Below are positions 54,469-64,000 of a stretch of DNA of 64,000 nt, piece by piece. Source of the stretch: Gaiellaceae bacterium (GTDB taxonomy: Bacteria > Actinomycetota > Thermoleophilia > Gaiellales > Gaiellaceae); the NCBI GenBank assembly GCA_036273155.1, contig DASUIG010000029.1, positions 40,283 to 104,282 on the forward strand. Reading direction: 5' to 3'. Numbering within the stretch: the first letter of the stretch is position 1; the number at the start of each line of letters is the position of its first letter. The notes under the pieces are model-generated. The model was not told where the DNA came from and made no database searches. It was given only the letters and a program-made list of their open reading frames with translations. Made by a program: the position numbers and the translations under genes.

Positions 54469-54944
54469 CCCTTGCGAGCACGCGGCTCGAGGAGGTTCTC
54501 CTCGCGCTCAAGATCGCGTTCCTCGTCCTGCTCTACGCGCTCATCTGGCGCATCATCCGCACCGTCTCGCGCGACATGCGCGCACAGCCTTCGCAGGAGA
54601 GCTTCATCATGCCGCCGGTCGCAGGCGCGCCGGCTCCGGCTCCTGTCGGTGGACGGCTCGTCGTCCAGGAGAGCCCCGTGCTCGACAAGGGAGACGAATA
54701 CTCGGTCGACTCCGCGCCGCTCACCATCGGCCGTGGCAACCAGAACGACGTCGCCATCGACGGCGACGAGTTCGCGTCGGCGCGCCACGTGCGCTTCGAG
54801 CCGCGCCGCGACGGCGTCTGGGTGCACGACCTCGGCTCGACGAACGGGACGTACGTGAACGGCGTTCGCATCGACGGCGAACGCCGGCTCGCGCCGGGCG
54901 ACGTCGTCCGCGTCGGTGAGACCGACCTGAGGTTCGAGCCGTGA
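54465..54944 (+). CDS. fhaB: FhaB/FipA-like membrane-anchored FHA protein
   Basis: N-terminal TM helix and FHA 'IGRGNQNDVAIDGDEFASARHVRF...STNGTYVNG'. Confidence 0.88.
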   Translation: MTLASTRLEEVLLALKIAFLVLLYALIWRIIRTVSRDMRAQPSQESFIMPPVAGAPAPAPVGGRLVVQESPVLDKGDEYSVDSAPLTIGRGNQNDVAIDGDEFASARHVRFEPRRDGVWVHDLGSTNGTYVNGVRIDGERRLAPGDVVRVGETDLRFEP

Positions 54945-55861
54945 CCGTCGTCGGCGCCTACGCGGCGAAGACGGACACCGGCCGGAAGCGCCGGCGCAAC
55001 GAGGACGCCTTCGTCCTCGCGCCGCCGCTCTTCGCCGTCGCCGACGGGATGGGCGGCGCGCAGGCGGGCGAGATCGCGTCGAAGCTCGCGGCGGCGGCGC
55101 TCGAGGACACGGATCCCGGCCGAGTGACGGGGCCGGAGCGCGTCGCCTCGCTCATCCAGGAGGCGAATCGCCGCGTGCACGAGCGGTCGAGCGTCGATCC
55201 GGCGACGTCGGGAATGGGGACGACGATGACGGTGGCGCTCGTGGAGGACGACGGTGTGGTGATCGGGCACGTCGGCGACTCCCGCGCATATCTCGTGCGC
55301 GGTCACGAGATCGAGCAAATCACCGAGGACCACTCGCTCGTGAACGAGCTGCTGAAATCGGGCAAGCTCTCGGCCGAGGAGGCGGAGACGCATCCCCAGC
55401 GGTCGGTCATCACCCGCGCGGTCGGCACCGATCCCGACGTCGACGTCGATTCGTTCGTCGTCGATACGCAGGATGGCGACGTGTTCCTCATCTGCTCGGA
55501 CGGGCTCACCGACATGGTCGACGACGACGCCATCCTCGGCACCGTCGAGCGCCATCGTGACAACCTCGACCGCCTGACGAAGCAGCTCGTCACTGCGGCC
55601 AACCGCGGGGGCGGCGAGGACAACATCACCGTGGTCGCGTTCTCGATCGGCAAGCTCGACGGAGCCGACCTCGGCGACACCGCGACGATGGAAGCGGTCG
55701 CGCTTCCCGTGGACGAGGACACGACCGAGGACGTCGTCGTGCATGCGAGTGACGACGTGCTGCTTGCAGGCCCGTCGGCGGTGCGCGTCCGGGTCGTCCT
55801 GGCGACGCTCATCCTGCTTGCGATCGTCGTCTCGCTGCTGCTGTGGGGGCTGATGCGCTGA
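54941..55861 (+). CDS. pstP: PP2C Ser/Thr phosphatase with C-terminal TM helix
   Basis: 'RRNEDAF', 'FAVADGMGG', 'CSDGLTD' and 'GGEDNITVV'. Confidence 0.9.
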   Translation: MTVVGAYAAKTDTGRKRRRNEDAFVLAPPLFAVADGMGGAQAGEIASKLAAAALEDTDPGRVTGPERVASLIQEANRRVHERSSVDPATSGMGTTMTVALVEDDGVVIGHVGDSRAYLVRGHEIEQITEDHSLVNELLKSGKLSAEEAETHPQRSVITRAVGTDPDVDVDSFVVDTQDGDVFLICSDGLTDMVDDDAILGTVERHRDNLDRLTKQLVTAANRGGGEDNITVVAFSIGKLDGADLGDTATMEAVALPVDEDTTEDVVVHASDDVLLAGPSAVRVRVVLATLILLAIVVSLLLWGLMR

Positions 55862-57174
55862 CTCTGAGCTTCCGGAATCGCGAGCTCGCCTACCTCGTCC
55901 TCGTCGGCGTGCTCACCGCCGTCGGCTTCGCGAGCGTGTACATCGCGCGCAAGTCGCACGTCTCGGCGGCGTCGCTCACGTACGCGGTCTTCTTCTTCGC
56001 GCTGTATCTCGTTGCGCATGTCGTAGCGCGGTTCACCGTCCCGAACGCGGACTCGTATCTGCTCCCCCTGGCCGGGCTCCTGACCGCGATCGGGCTGACC
56101 GAGATCTACCGGCTCGGGCCTGCGAATGCGTTCAAGCAGGGGCTCTGGGTCGTCATCGGCGTCGCCGTGTTCTCTGCCGCGCTTCTCTTCCTGCGCCAGG
56201 ACTACCGGCTGCTGGAGAACTACAAGTACCTCTTCGGCCTGGGCGCGATCGGCCTGCTGTTCATGCCGCTGCTGCCCGGCATCGGCCAGACGGTGAACGG
56301 CTCACGCCTGTGGATCCACTTCGCCGGCCTGCAGTTCCAGCCCGGCGAGCTCGGCAAGATCGCGCTCATCGTCTTCCTCGCCGCGTACCTGCGGGAGAAG
56401 CGCGAGGTCCTGGCGCAGGGCCGCGTGAAGGACTGGGGCCCGCTGCTCGTCATCTGGGGCGGCGCGATGCTCGTCCTCTTCGCCACCGACGACCTCGGCG
56501 GCGCGCTCCTCTACTACGGGATCTTCCTCGCCATCCTGTACGCGGCGACCGCGCGGCTGCGGTTCGTCGCCGTGTTCATCGTCCTCTTCCTCGCCGGCTC
56601 CGCGGCTGTCTACCAGGGCACGCCGCACGTGCGGGAACGCGTCGTCAACTGGCTCCAGCCGTGGACGACGCACAAGGTGTACTGCGGCCTCAACGGGCAG
56701 ATGACGCTCCGCCAGGACTGCTCGAGCTACCAGGAGGTGCAGTCGCTGTACTCGATCGCGCACGGAGGCTACGGCGGCACCGGCCTCGGCTCGGGCACGT
56801 TCGTCACCGCGCAGGGGCATCCGCTGATTCCCTACCTGAGCACGGACTTCATCTACTCGGCGCTCGCGCAGGAGCTGGGCCTCATCGGCGCCTCCGCGCT
56901 CCTCCTCATCTACATGGTCTTCGTGCTGCGCGGCTTCCGCATCTCGCTCGCGGCCAACGACGGCTTCTCGAAGCTGCTTGCCTGCGGGCTCACGTTCGGG
57001 TTCGCCTTGCAGACGTTCGTCATCGTCGGCGGCATTCTCCGCGTCATCCCGCTGACCGGCATCACGCTGCCGTTCGTCTCCTACGGCGGGTCGAGCGTGA
57101 TCGCGAACTTCCTCGTCGTCGCCGGGCTGATGCTCGTCTCCAACCGGGCGAACACGGAGAGCGTGCGCAGATGA
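55843..57174 (+). CDS. rodA: FtsW/RodA/SpoVE-family peptidoglycan polymerase
   Basis: Multi-pass protein with 'QPGELGKIALIVFLAAYL' and 'TGITLPFVSYGGSS'. Confidence 0.9.
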   Translation: MGADALTLSFRNRELAYLVLVGVLTAVGFASVYIARKSHVSAASLTYAVFFFALYLVAHVVARFTVPNADSYLLPLAGLLTAIGLTEIYRLGPANAFKQGLWVVIGVAVFSAALLFLRQDYRLLENYKYLFGLGAIGLLFMPLLPGIGQTVNGSRLWIHFAGLQFQPGELGKIALIVFLAAYLREKREVLAQGRVKDWGPLLVIWGGAMLVLFATDDLGGALLYYGIFLAILYAATARLRFVAVFIVLFLAGSAAVYQGTPHVRERVVNWLQPWTTHKVYCGLNGQMTLRQDCSSYQEVQSLYSIAHGGYGGTGLGSGTFVTAQGHPLIPYLSTDFIYSALAQELGLIGASALLLIYMVFVLRGFRISLAANDGFSKLLACGLTFGFALQTFVIVGGILRVIPLTGITLPFVSYGGSSVIANFLVVAGLMLVSNRANTESVRR

Positions 57175-58664
57175 ACGGGCAGCTGAACCGTCTTGCGCTC
57201 GTCGCCGTGCTCATGCTCACCGCGCTCATCGTCGCGACGACGTACTGGCAGTCCTGGGCGGCGGGATCGCTCGCCGCGAAGCAGGACAACGCAGTGGAGC
57301 TCGTGTCGCAGTTCGAGGTCGCGCGCGGCCTCCTGTTCGCATCGAACGGCAAGACCGTGCTCGCCGCCAACCGCAAGGTGAAGCGAAACGGGCAGACGTT
57401 CTACTTCCGCCGCTACCCGTCGCACGGGCTCGCAGCGCAGACGATCGGCTACTCGACGTCGGCGCTCTCGCAGACCGGCCTCGAGCTGTCGCTCGACGAC
57501 TTCCTCACGGGATCGACGACGAATCTGAGCAACGCCATCCGGCGCACGCTCGACCGGCTGGGTGGCGGCACGGTCTACGGCGACAACGTCACGCTCACGA
57601 TCAACGCCGGCGCGCAGGCTCTCGCGCAGCAGCTCCTCGGCAACCGTTGCGGCGCCGTCGTGGCGATGAATCCCCACACCGGCGCGATCTACGTCATGGC
57701 GTCGTCGCCGACGTACGACCCGAACCTCATCGAGAAGCCGGGTGGTTACGCGAAGGTGCTGAAGACGACGGGCACGTGCGGCGGCTCGTCCGCGTTGCTG
57801 AACCGCGCCACCGACGGGCTGTTCACTCCGGGGTCGACCTTCAAGATGGTGACCGCCGCCGCTGCGCTCGACAGCGGCGCGTTCACGCCGACGTCGCACT
57901 TCGACGACCCCGGCTACTGCGAGGAGTACGGGAAGAAGGTCTACAACGCCGGCAACCCGGATCAGAACGGGCCTGAGTCGTACGGCAGCGTGACGCTTGC
58001 GCAGGGCTTCCAGCACTCGATCAACTCCGTGTTCTGCAACGTCGGCAAGCAGATCGGCGCCAAGGTCATCCTCGACTACGCGCGGAAGTTCGGCTTCTAC
58101 GCCACCCCGCCGCTCGAGACGCCCGCCAACCAGCGCCTTCCGAGCGGCCTCTACCGGAACAACAAGCTCTGGTTCCCGAAGGATCCCGCGACGGCGGTCG
58201 ACCCGGGCCGTCTCGCGTTCGGCCAGTTCAGCATGGTGGCGACGCCGCTCCAGATGCTCATGGTCGGCGCCACGATCGCGAACGGCGGCACGGTGCCCCG
58301 GCCGTACATCGTCGAGCGCGTCGTCGGCCATGACGGGTCGATCGTCAGCCGGACGCGGCCCACGACCCTCGGGCGCGCGATCAAGCCGGAGACCGCCTCC
58401 GAGCTGACCCAGATGATGGTCTCCGTCGTCCAAGCCGGGACGGGCACGGCGGCGCAGATCCCCGGCATCCAGGTGGCCGGCAAGACCGGCACCGCGGAGA
58501 CGGGGGTGAACCACGTCTACACGGCGTGGTTCGTGTCGTTCGCGCCCGCCGACAATCCGCAGGTGGCCGTCGCCGTCGTCCTCGAGAAGCAGCTGAACGG
58601 GTTCGGCGGCGCCGTCTCCGCCCCGATCGCGAAGGCCGTCATGCAAAAGATCCTGCACCGCTGA
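57171..58664 (+). CDS. pbpA: Class B penicillin-binding protein (PbpA-type transpeptidase)
   Basis: 'STFK', 'HSINSVF' (SxN) and 'KTGTAE'. Confidence 0.9.
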   Translation: MNGQLNRLALVAVLMLTALIVATTYWQSWAAGSLAAKQDNAVELVSQFEVARGLLFASNGKTVLAANRKVKRNGQTFYFRRYPSHGLAAQTIGYSTSALSQTGLELSLDDFLTGSTTNLSNAIRRTLDRLGGGTVYGDNVTLTINAGAQALAQQLLGNRCGAVVAMNPHTGAIYVMASSPTYDPNLIEKPGGYAKVLKTTGTCGGSSALLNRATDGLFTPGSTFKMVTAAAALDSGAFTPTSHFDDPGYCEEYGKKVYNAGNPDQNGPESYGSVTLAQGFQHSINSVFCNVGKQIGAKVILDYARKFGFYATPPLETPANQRLPSGLYRNNKLWFPKDPATAVDPGRLAFGQFSMVATPLQMLMVGATIANGGTVPRPYIVERVVGHDGSIVSRTRPTTLGRAIKPETASELTQMMVSVVQAGTGTAAQIPGIQVAGKTGTAETGVNHVYTAWFVSFAPADNPQVAVAVVLEKQLNGFGGAVSAPIAKAVMQKILHR

Positions 58665-58690
58665 AGTGGCATCTACCCTGTAACAGCCCC

Positions 58691-60646
58691 GTGGCCGTCT
58701 CCGACACGCTCATCGGCACGCTCTTCGACGGGCGCTATCAGATCCTGCGCAAGCTCGGCGCGGGCGGAATGGCGAACGTCTACCTGGCCGAGGACCAGGA
58801 GCTCGGGCGCCGGGTGGCGATCAAGATCCTCAACGACCGGCACGCGAACGACGAGCAGTTCGTCGAGCGCTTCCGCCGGGAGGCGAAGAACGCCGCTGCC
58901 CTCTCCCACCCGAACATCGTCTCGATCTACGACCGCGGCGAGGCGGAGGGGACGTACTACATCGCGATGGAGTACCTCGACGGGCGGTCGCTCAAGGAGC
59001 TCATCCTCTCGCGCGGCGACGCGCCGATCGCGGTCGTCGTCGAGTACGCGCGCCAGATCCTCTCGGCGCTGCGCTTTGCGCACCGGCACGGGATCGTCCA
59101 CCGAGACATCAAGCCGCACAACGTGCTCGTCGACGGCGAGGGGCGCGTCAAGGTCACGGACTTCGGCATCGCGCGCGCGGGCGCGAGCCAGATGACGGAG
59201 GCCGGCTCGATCGTCGGCACGGCGCAATATCTCTCGCCCGAGCAGGCGCGCGGTGGGGACGTGGACCAGCGCTCCGACCTGTACTCGCTCGGCGTGCTCA
59301 TGTACGAGCTGCTCACGGGCGAGGTCCCCTTCAACGGCGACACGCCGGTCGAGATCGCGATGAAGCACCTGTCGCGCACGCCGGAGGTGCCCTCGACGAA
59401 GCGCCGCGACGTGCCCCACGAGCTCGACATGGTCGTGATGCGCTCGCTCGCGAAGGATCCCGACGACCGCTACCAGAGCGCCGACGAGATGGAGGCCGAC
59501 CTCGACCGTGTCGCCCGGGGCGTCGGTGTCGCGCCCGAGACCGAGGAGACGGCCACGCAGATCATCCGCTCGCCCATGACGGGGCCGCTCGCGGCGACCG
59601 CGGCGACGATGATCACGCCGCCGCGGCGGGGCGGAGGCGCGGTCTCGCCGCCCGTTCCCCCCTCGGTCTACTACGACCTGGACGAGCCGATCCACCGGCG
59701 GCCGGTCTGGCCGTGGATCGCCGCGCTCCTGTTCGTCATCGGAGCCGGCATCGGCGGCTGGTTCCTCTACCACCAGATCTCGAACAAGCTCTCGTCCTCG
59801 ACGCCGGTGGCCGTCCGCAACTACGTCGACGAGAACGAGCAGAACGCGACATCCAACATCACCGCCGACGGCTTCAACCCCGTGGTGAAGCACCACTCGA
59901 GCCTCACGACGCCGGCCGGCCTCGTCTATCAACAGGATCCGCCCCCCGGACACCGGCAGGCGAAGGGGAACGACGTCACGATCGTGGTGTCGACCGGCAA
60001 GCCGAAGGTGTCCGTGCCCACGCTGAAGGGGCTGAAGTCGGAGGACGCGATCGCGAAGCTGAAGGAGTTGCACCTCGTCCCGGACGTGCACGACGTGTCG
60101 TCGTCTCTGCCGGCGGATGAGGTAACCGCGTCCGATCCCAAGGAGGGGACGCAGGTCGTCTCCGGGACGAAGGTGCGCATCAACGTGTCGAGCGGGCCGA
60201 CCACCGTCCCCGTGCCGAACGTCGTCGGCAAGTCGCTCAGGGACGCGACCGCGACGCTCAACCAGGCCGGGTTCAAGGTCAGCCCGACGTTCGTCGAGTC
60301 GGACCAGCCGCAGAACCAGGTCGTGAACCAGTCGCCGAGCCAGGCCTCGAAGGGCTCGACCATCGCTCTGACCGTCTCGAGCGGGCCGAAGACGGTGGCG
60401 GTGCCGGACGTGCGGACGCTGGACGTCGGATCGGCGACCTCGACGCTCCAGGATCAGGGCTTCAAGGTGAAGTTCACGTACACGACGGTCACCGATCCGA
60501 ATCAGGACCAGATCGTGCTCGACCAGAGCCCCGAGGCGGGGAACCAGGCGAAGCCCGGCTCGACCGTGACGCTCAACGTCGGCCGCTGTCCGTCGGGCGG
60601 GTGCCCGGCGACGACGACGACGGACACGACGACCACCACGCCTTGA
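58691..60646 (+). CDS. pknB: Ser/Thr kinase with four extracellular PASTA domains
   Basis: 'LGAGGMANVYLA', 'HRDIKPHNVLV', 'DFGIAR', a TM helix and four PASTA repeats. Cys/Thr-rich tail 'CPSGGCPATTTTDTTTTTP'. Confidence 0.92.
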   Translation: MAVSDTLIGTLFDGRYQILRKLGAGGMANVYLAEDQELGRRVAIKILNDRHANDEQFVERFRREAKNAAALSHPNIVSIYDRGEAEGTYYIAMEYLDGRSLKELILSRGDAPIAVVVEYARQILSALRFAHRHGIVHRDIKPHNVLVDGEGRVKVTDFGIARAGASQMTEAGSIVGTAQYLSPEQARGGDVDQRSDLYSLGVLMYELLTGEVPFNGDTPVEIAMKHLSRTPEVPSTKRRDVPHELDMVVMRSLAKDPDDRYQSADEMEADLDRVARGVGVAPETEETATQIIRSPMTGPLAATAATMITPPRRGGGAVSPPVPPSVYYDLDEPIHRRPVWPWIAALLFVIGAGIGGWFLYHQISNKLSSSTPVAVRNYVDENEQNATSNITADGFNPVVKHHSSLTTPAGLVYQQDPPPGHRQAKGNDVTIVVSTGKPKVSVPTLKGLKSEDAIAKLKELHLVPDVHDVSSSLPADEVTASDPKEGTQVVSGTKVRINVSSGPTTVPVPNVVGKSLRDATATLNQAGFKVSPTFVESDQPQNQVVNQSPSQASKGSTIALTVSSGPKTVAVPDVRTLDVGSATSTLQDQGFKVKFTYTTVTDPNQDQIVLDQSPEAGNQAKPGSTVTLNVGRCPSGGCPATTTTDTTTTTP

Positions 60647-61689
60647 CCGCGCGCCGACTGCGCGTCGCGCTGCTCGCCGGCGGTAGGTCGAGCGAGCACG
60701 ACGTCTCGCTCGCGTCGGCGCGTTCGGTGCTGGAGACGCTCGACCCCGACCGGTACGAGGTGGTCGGCGTCGCCATCGGTCGCGACGGCCGCTGGGCGTT
60801 GGAGAGCGGTGACCAGCACGTATTGGGGCCCGGCCCCGTGACGGACGTGTCACCGGCGGAGACACTGCCCGTTCCGGCCGAGGCCGGGACGCTCGCCGCG
60901 CTCGCCGGCGTCGACGTCGTGCTGCCGATCCTGCACGGCCCGTTCGGTGAGGACGGAACGGTGCAGGGCTTGCTCGAGCTCGCCGACGTTCCGTACATCG
61001 GTGCCGGGGTCGCCGCGTCCGCGCTCGCGATGGACAAGGACCTCTTCAAGAAGGTCATGCGCGACAGCGGCATCCCGGTCGCGCGCCACCACACGATCCG
61101 GCTCGGCGACGCGGTCGACAACCCGTTCGGCTATCCGGCGTTCGTGAAGCCGGCGCGCCTGGGCTCCTCGGTCGGGATCTCGAAGGTGCACGACGAGCCC
61201 GAGCTCGTGGCCGCGGTCGCGCTCGCGCGCCGGCACGACGAGAAGGTGCTCGTCGAGGAGCTCGTCTCCGGGATGGAGGTCGAGTGCGGCGTGCTCGGAA
61301 ACCGGCAGCCGCCGCCGATCGCGTCCCTGCCCGGGCGCATCGACACGCGCGAGCACGAGTGGTACGACTACGCGTCCAAGTACGACGAGGGCGGCATGGA
61401 TCTCGTCATTCCGCCCGAGCTGCCGCAGGAGACGATCGAGCTCGTGCAGCAGCGCGCGGTCGACGCGTTCGTCGCGAGCGAGTGTGAGGGAATGGCGCGC
61501 GTCGACTTCTTCGTCCGTGACGACGGCGAGGTCGTCGTCAACGAGCTGAACACGATCCCCGGCTTCACGGCGACGAGCGTGTACACGAAGCTCTTCCAGG
61601 CGTCCGGGATCGAGTACGCGGAGCTGCTCGACCGGCTCATTGCGCTTGCGCTCGAGCGGCACGAGCGCCGCTCGCACCTCGAGTACTAA
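60643..61689 (+). CDS. ddl: D-alanine--D-alanine ligase
   Basis: 'VALLAGGRSSEHDVSL', 'HGPFGEDGTVQGLLE', 'VECGVLG' and 'NELNTIPGFT'. The TTG start overlaps the pknB stop (TTGA). Confidence 0.9.
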   Translation: MTARRLRVALLAGGRSSEHDVSLASARSVLETLDPDRYEVVGVAIGRDGRWALESGDQHVLGPGPVTDVSPAETLPVPAEAGTLAALAGVDVVLPILHGPFGEDGTVQGLLELADVPYIGAGVAASALAMDKDLFKKVMRDSGIPVARHHTIRLGDAVDNPFGYPAFVKPARLGSSVGISKVHDEPELVAAVALARRHDEKVLVEELVSGMEVECGVLGNRQPPPIASLPGRIDTREHEWYDYASKYDEGGMDLVIPPELPQETIELVQQRAVDAFVASECEGMARVDFFVRDDGEVVVNELNTIPGFTATSVYTKLFQASGIEYAELLDRLIALALERHERRSHLEY

Positions 61690-63134
61690 CGGGCTGTGAC
61701 TTCGGAGATCTCGGCCTTGCCGCCGCCCGGCAGGCGCGAGATCCAGACGACGTAGTACTGCGCCGTCCTGCCGCTCAGCGTGAACGTCGTCGCCGCGCTC
61801 ACGGTCTGCGCCGAGGAGTCGTCGGCGAACGGCCCGCGCGCTGAGTTGCCGGCCTGGATCCGCGCGACGAAGCCGGGCGTCGGCGTCTGCACCGTCAGCG
61901 TGCGCAGCTTGACCGAGCGGCCGGCGTCGACGACGAGGCCGAGGCCCGACTTGAGGTTCCCGAACTCCGGCGTCGCGTAGATCTGCGTGTACCAGTCGGT
62001 GCCGCTACTCCCGTCCGTCGCCGCTGACGCCGTGTCCGCGTGGCTGTCGGGATTGCCCTGTGGGTCGTAGTTGCCGACGCCGTGCAGCGTCACCGCCGCC
62101 GGCGTTCCGCCGCCGCGATGATGGCGCCGGCCGATGCCGGAGCCCCCGAACACGATTGCGGCGACGACGATCGCGAGCAGGACGACCCCGGCCAGCGCCA
62201 GCAGCACGGGCAGATGCCCGCCCGGGCGCCGGGCGCGCGCTCGACGGACGGGCGGCAGCTCGGCGACGGCCGGTGCTCCGCGCACCAGTGTGCGCTCCGT
62301 CTCGGGCCCGCCGAGCTCGTCGAGGCACCGGCGCAGCTCGTTCGCGAACGCGTCCATCGACGCGAACCGGCAGTTCGGGTCCTTCTCCAGGGCGCGCTCG
62401 ACCGCCTGCGCCAGCCGCGGCGGGACGTCGGCCCGCTGGTCGAGGAGGCTCGGCGCATGCTCGGTCACGTGCTTCATGGCGACGACGACGAGGTTGTCGC
62501 CGCGGAACGGCACCTCGCCGGTCAGCAGCTCGTACAGGACGACGCCGAGCGAGTAGATATCGGTCGCCGGCGTGACCTGCTCGCCTGCCGCCTGCTCGGG
62601 GGAGAGGTAGTTGCTCGTGCCGAGCACGGTCCCGGTCTGCGTGACGCCGCGCTCGACGTCGAGCGAGCGGGCTATTCCGAAGTCGGTCACCTTCGCGTCG
62701 CCGGCGCTGTCGATCAGAACGTTCTGCGGCTTGACGTCCCGATGGACGAGATCGTGCGCGTGCGCGAATGCGAGCGCGTCTGCGATCTGGATGCCCAGCT
62801 CGAGCGCGCGGTCGACCGACAGCGGCCCGCTGCGCTCGACCAGCTGCTTGAGGTTCTCGCCCTCGACGAACTCGAAGACGATGAACTGGTGCCCGTCGCT
62901 CGACCCGCGATCGATGACGGTGACGATGTTCGGGTGCGACAGCTGCGCGACCGCACGCGCCTCGCGCCGGAAGCGCTCGACGTACTCCGGGTCGTCCCCG
63001 AAGTGCGCGTGCAGCACCTTCAGCGCGACGGTGCGCTCGAGCAGCCGGTCGTGGCCGCGGTACACGCTCGACATGCCGCCGTGGTCCACGGCCTCCTCGA
63101 GCTCGTAGCGATCGGCGATCACCTCACCGACCAT
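61686..63134 (-). CDS. Ser/Thr protein kinase with an extracellular beta-rich C-terminal domain
   Basis: 'HGGMSSVYRG', 'HRDVKPQNVLI' and 'DFGIAR', then a TM helix and an ectodomain of about 150 aa. Confidence 0.88.
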   Translation of the reverse strand: MVGEVIADRYELEEAVDHGGMSSVYRGHDRLLERTVALKVLHAHFGDDPEYVERFRREARAVAQLSHPNIVTVIDRGSSDGHQFIVFEFVEGENLKQLVERSGPLSVDRALELGIQIADALAFAHAHDLVHRDVKPQNVLIDSAGDAKVTDFGIARSLDVERGVTQTGTVLGTSNYLSPEQAAGEQVTPATDIYSLGVVLYELLTGEVPFRGDNLVVVAMKHVTEHAPSLLDQRADVPPRLAQAVERALEKDPNCRFASMDAFANELRRCLDELGGPETERTLVRGAPAVAELPPVRRARARRPGGHLPVLLALAGVVLLAIVVAAIVFGGSGIGRRHHRGGGTPAAVTLHGVGNYDPQGNPDSHADTASAATDGSSGTDWYTQIYATPEFGNLKSGLGLVVDAGRSVKLRTLTVQTPTPGFVARIQAGNSARGPFADDSSAQTVSAATTFTLSGRTAQYYVVWISRLPGGGKAEISEVTAR

Positions 63135-63215
63135 GGGTCCCTTCCTGCGCTTGCGGACATGGGAAGACGGCGAGCGCTGCGGCACGACGATAGAACGCCC
63201 GACGGCCCCTCGAGG

Positions 63216-64000
63216 CTACGCGAGCACCGCTTCCAGCGCGTCGCCCCAGGCCCCGAGGGCCTCCTCCAGCTCGTCGGCGTCGATGACGAGCGGGCAGAGC
63301 ACGCGGATGCAGTTCGAGTGGGTTCCCGCCTTCAGGAGCAACAGGCCGCGATCGGCGGCCGCTTTCGCCACCGCGGAGGCCAGCTCCGGGGCGGGGCGCT
63401 TCGACGCCGGATCCTCCACGAGCTCGATCGCGAGCATCGCGCCGAGCCCCCGGACGTCGCCGATCTGGGAATACCGGCGCTGCCATTCCAGCATCCTGCC
63501 GCGGATGGTCTCTCCGATGCGGCCGGCCCGCTCGACAAGGCCCTCTTCCTCGATCACATCGAGCACGGCGGCGGCCGCGGCGAGCGCGACGGGATTGCCG
63601 ACGTAGGTGCCGCCGACGCCACCCTCGCCGGGTGCGTCCATGATCTCGGCCTTGCCGAGCACGCCTGAGAGCGGCAGGCCGGCGGCGATCGACTTCGCGA
63701 CGACGAGGAGGTCCGGCTCGACGCCGGAATGCTCGATCGCGAACATGCGGCCCGTGCGGCCGAAGCCGGTCTGCACCTCGTCGACGACGAGCACGATGCC
63801 GTGCTGGTCGCACAATGCCCGGACGCCCTGGAGGAACTCGGGCGGCGCGACGACGAACCCGCCCTCGCCGAGCACGGGCTCGATCACGATCGCCGCGACG
63901 TTCTCCGGCGCGACCTGCGTGACGAACGCGCGCCTCAGCGCGGCGAGCGCCTCCGCCGTGTCGACGCCCCGGTACTCGTACGGGAACGGGACGCGGTAGA
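63216..64000 (-). CDS. gabT: Class III aminotransferase (4-aminobutyrate aminotransferase-like), C-terminal part; 5' end outside window
   Basis: 'IEPVLGEGGF', 'DEVQTGFGRTG' and 'AKSIAAGLPLSG' (PLP lysine context). The reading frame stays open to the window edge. Confidence 0.85.
   Translation of the reverse strand, partial: YRVPFPYEYRGVDTAEALAALRRAFVTQVAPENVAAIVIEPVLGEGGFVVAPPEFLQGVRALCDQHGIVLVVDEVQTGFGRTGRMFAIEHSGVEPDLLVVAKSIAAGLPLSGVLGKAEIMDAPGEGGVGGTYVGNPVALAAAAAVLDVIEEEGLVERAGRIGETIRGRMLEWQRRYSQIGDVRGLGAMLAIELVEDPASKRPAPELASAVAKAAADRGLLLLKAGTHSNCIRVLCPLVIDADELEEALGAWGDALEAVLA

Noticed and set aside
60606-60640. ACG/GAC-rich trinucleotide run at the pknB 3' end, considered as a possible repeat element.
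   Set aside because: It simply encodes the Thr-rich C-terminal tail of PknB (TTTTDTTTTTP). It is not an independent feature.
1-64000. Screen for CRISPR arrays, IS elements or transposases, integrases, prophage genes, reverse transcriptases, and known defence hallmarks (TIR, SIR2, cyclases, restriction-modification pairs).
   Set aside because: None were recognised in any frame. Apart from the gyrA intein and the small islet at 4.4-5.2 kb, the window looks like conserved core chromosome.

Overview
Very GC-rich, extremely gene-dense chromosomal core segment. It looks Actinomycetota-like; this is inferred from gene content: gyrB-gyrA, the fhaA-fhaB-pstP-rodA-pbpA-pknB cluster, Ku/LigD, GlnII and leaderless-looking starts. 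I call about 75 protein genes. I found no rRNA, tRNA, CRISPR array, transposase or integrase. About 27 same-strand neighbours overlap by 1-8 nt (ATGA/GTGA/TTGA junctions), and many convergent pairs overlap at their 3' ends. Recognisable content, in order: gyrA carrying a 420-aa LAGLIDADG intein; SPFH/NfeD; birA; an ECF sigma gene fused to a fabZ-H-D-G-F operon; accDA; Ku-LigD; an ECF42-type sigma with its DGPF partner; an MrfA/SftH-like DUF1998 helicase; a TPP riboswitch with thiD-thiM-thiL; PolX; a citE-hsp20-lon operon; rmlACD; an ABC-2 exporter; a WYL regulator; glnII with a PAT-like acetyltransferase; and three Ser/Thr kinases. I did not see a large, obviously novel multi-gene system. The best candidates for something undescribed are small. 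They are a compositionally foreign islet at about 4.4-5.2 kb with a DUF6883-like/DUF4926-like gene pair, an arginase-fold protein with an N-terminal zinc ribbon and a CCC motif, two unannotated micro-ORFs with structured leaders (upstream of rmlA and of the ABC exporter), and a terminator-like attenuator directly in front of glnII. Most very long ORFs in the six-frame track are GC-driven shadow ORFs. All family assignments come from motif recognition by eye, not from database searches.
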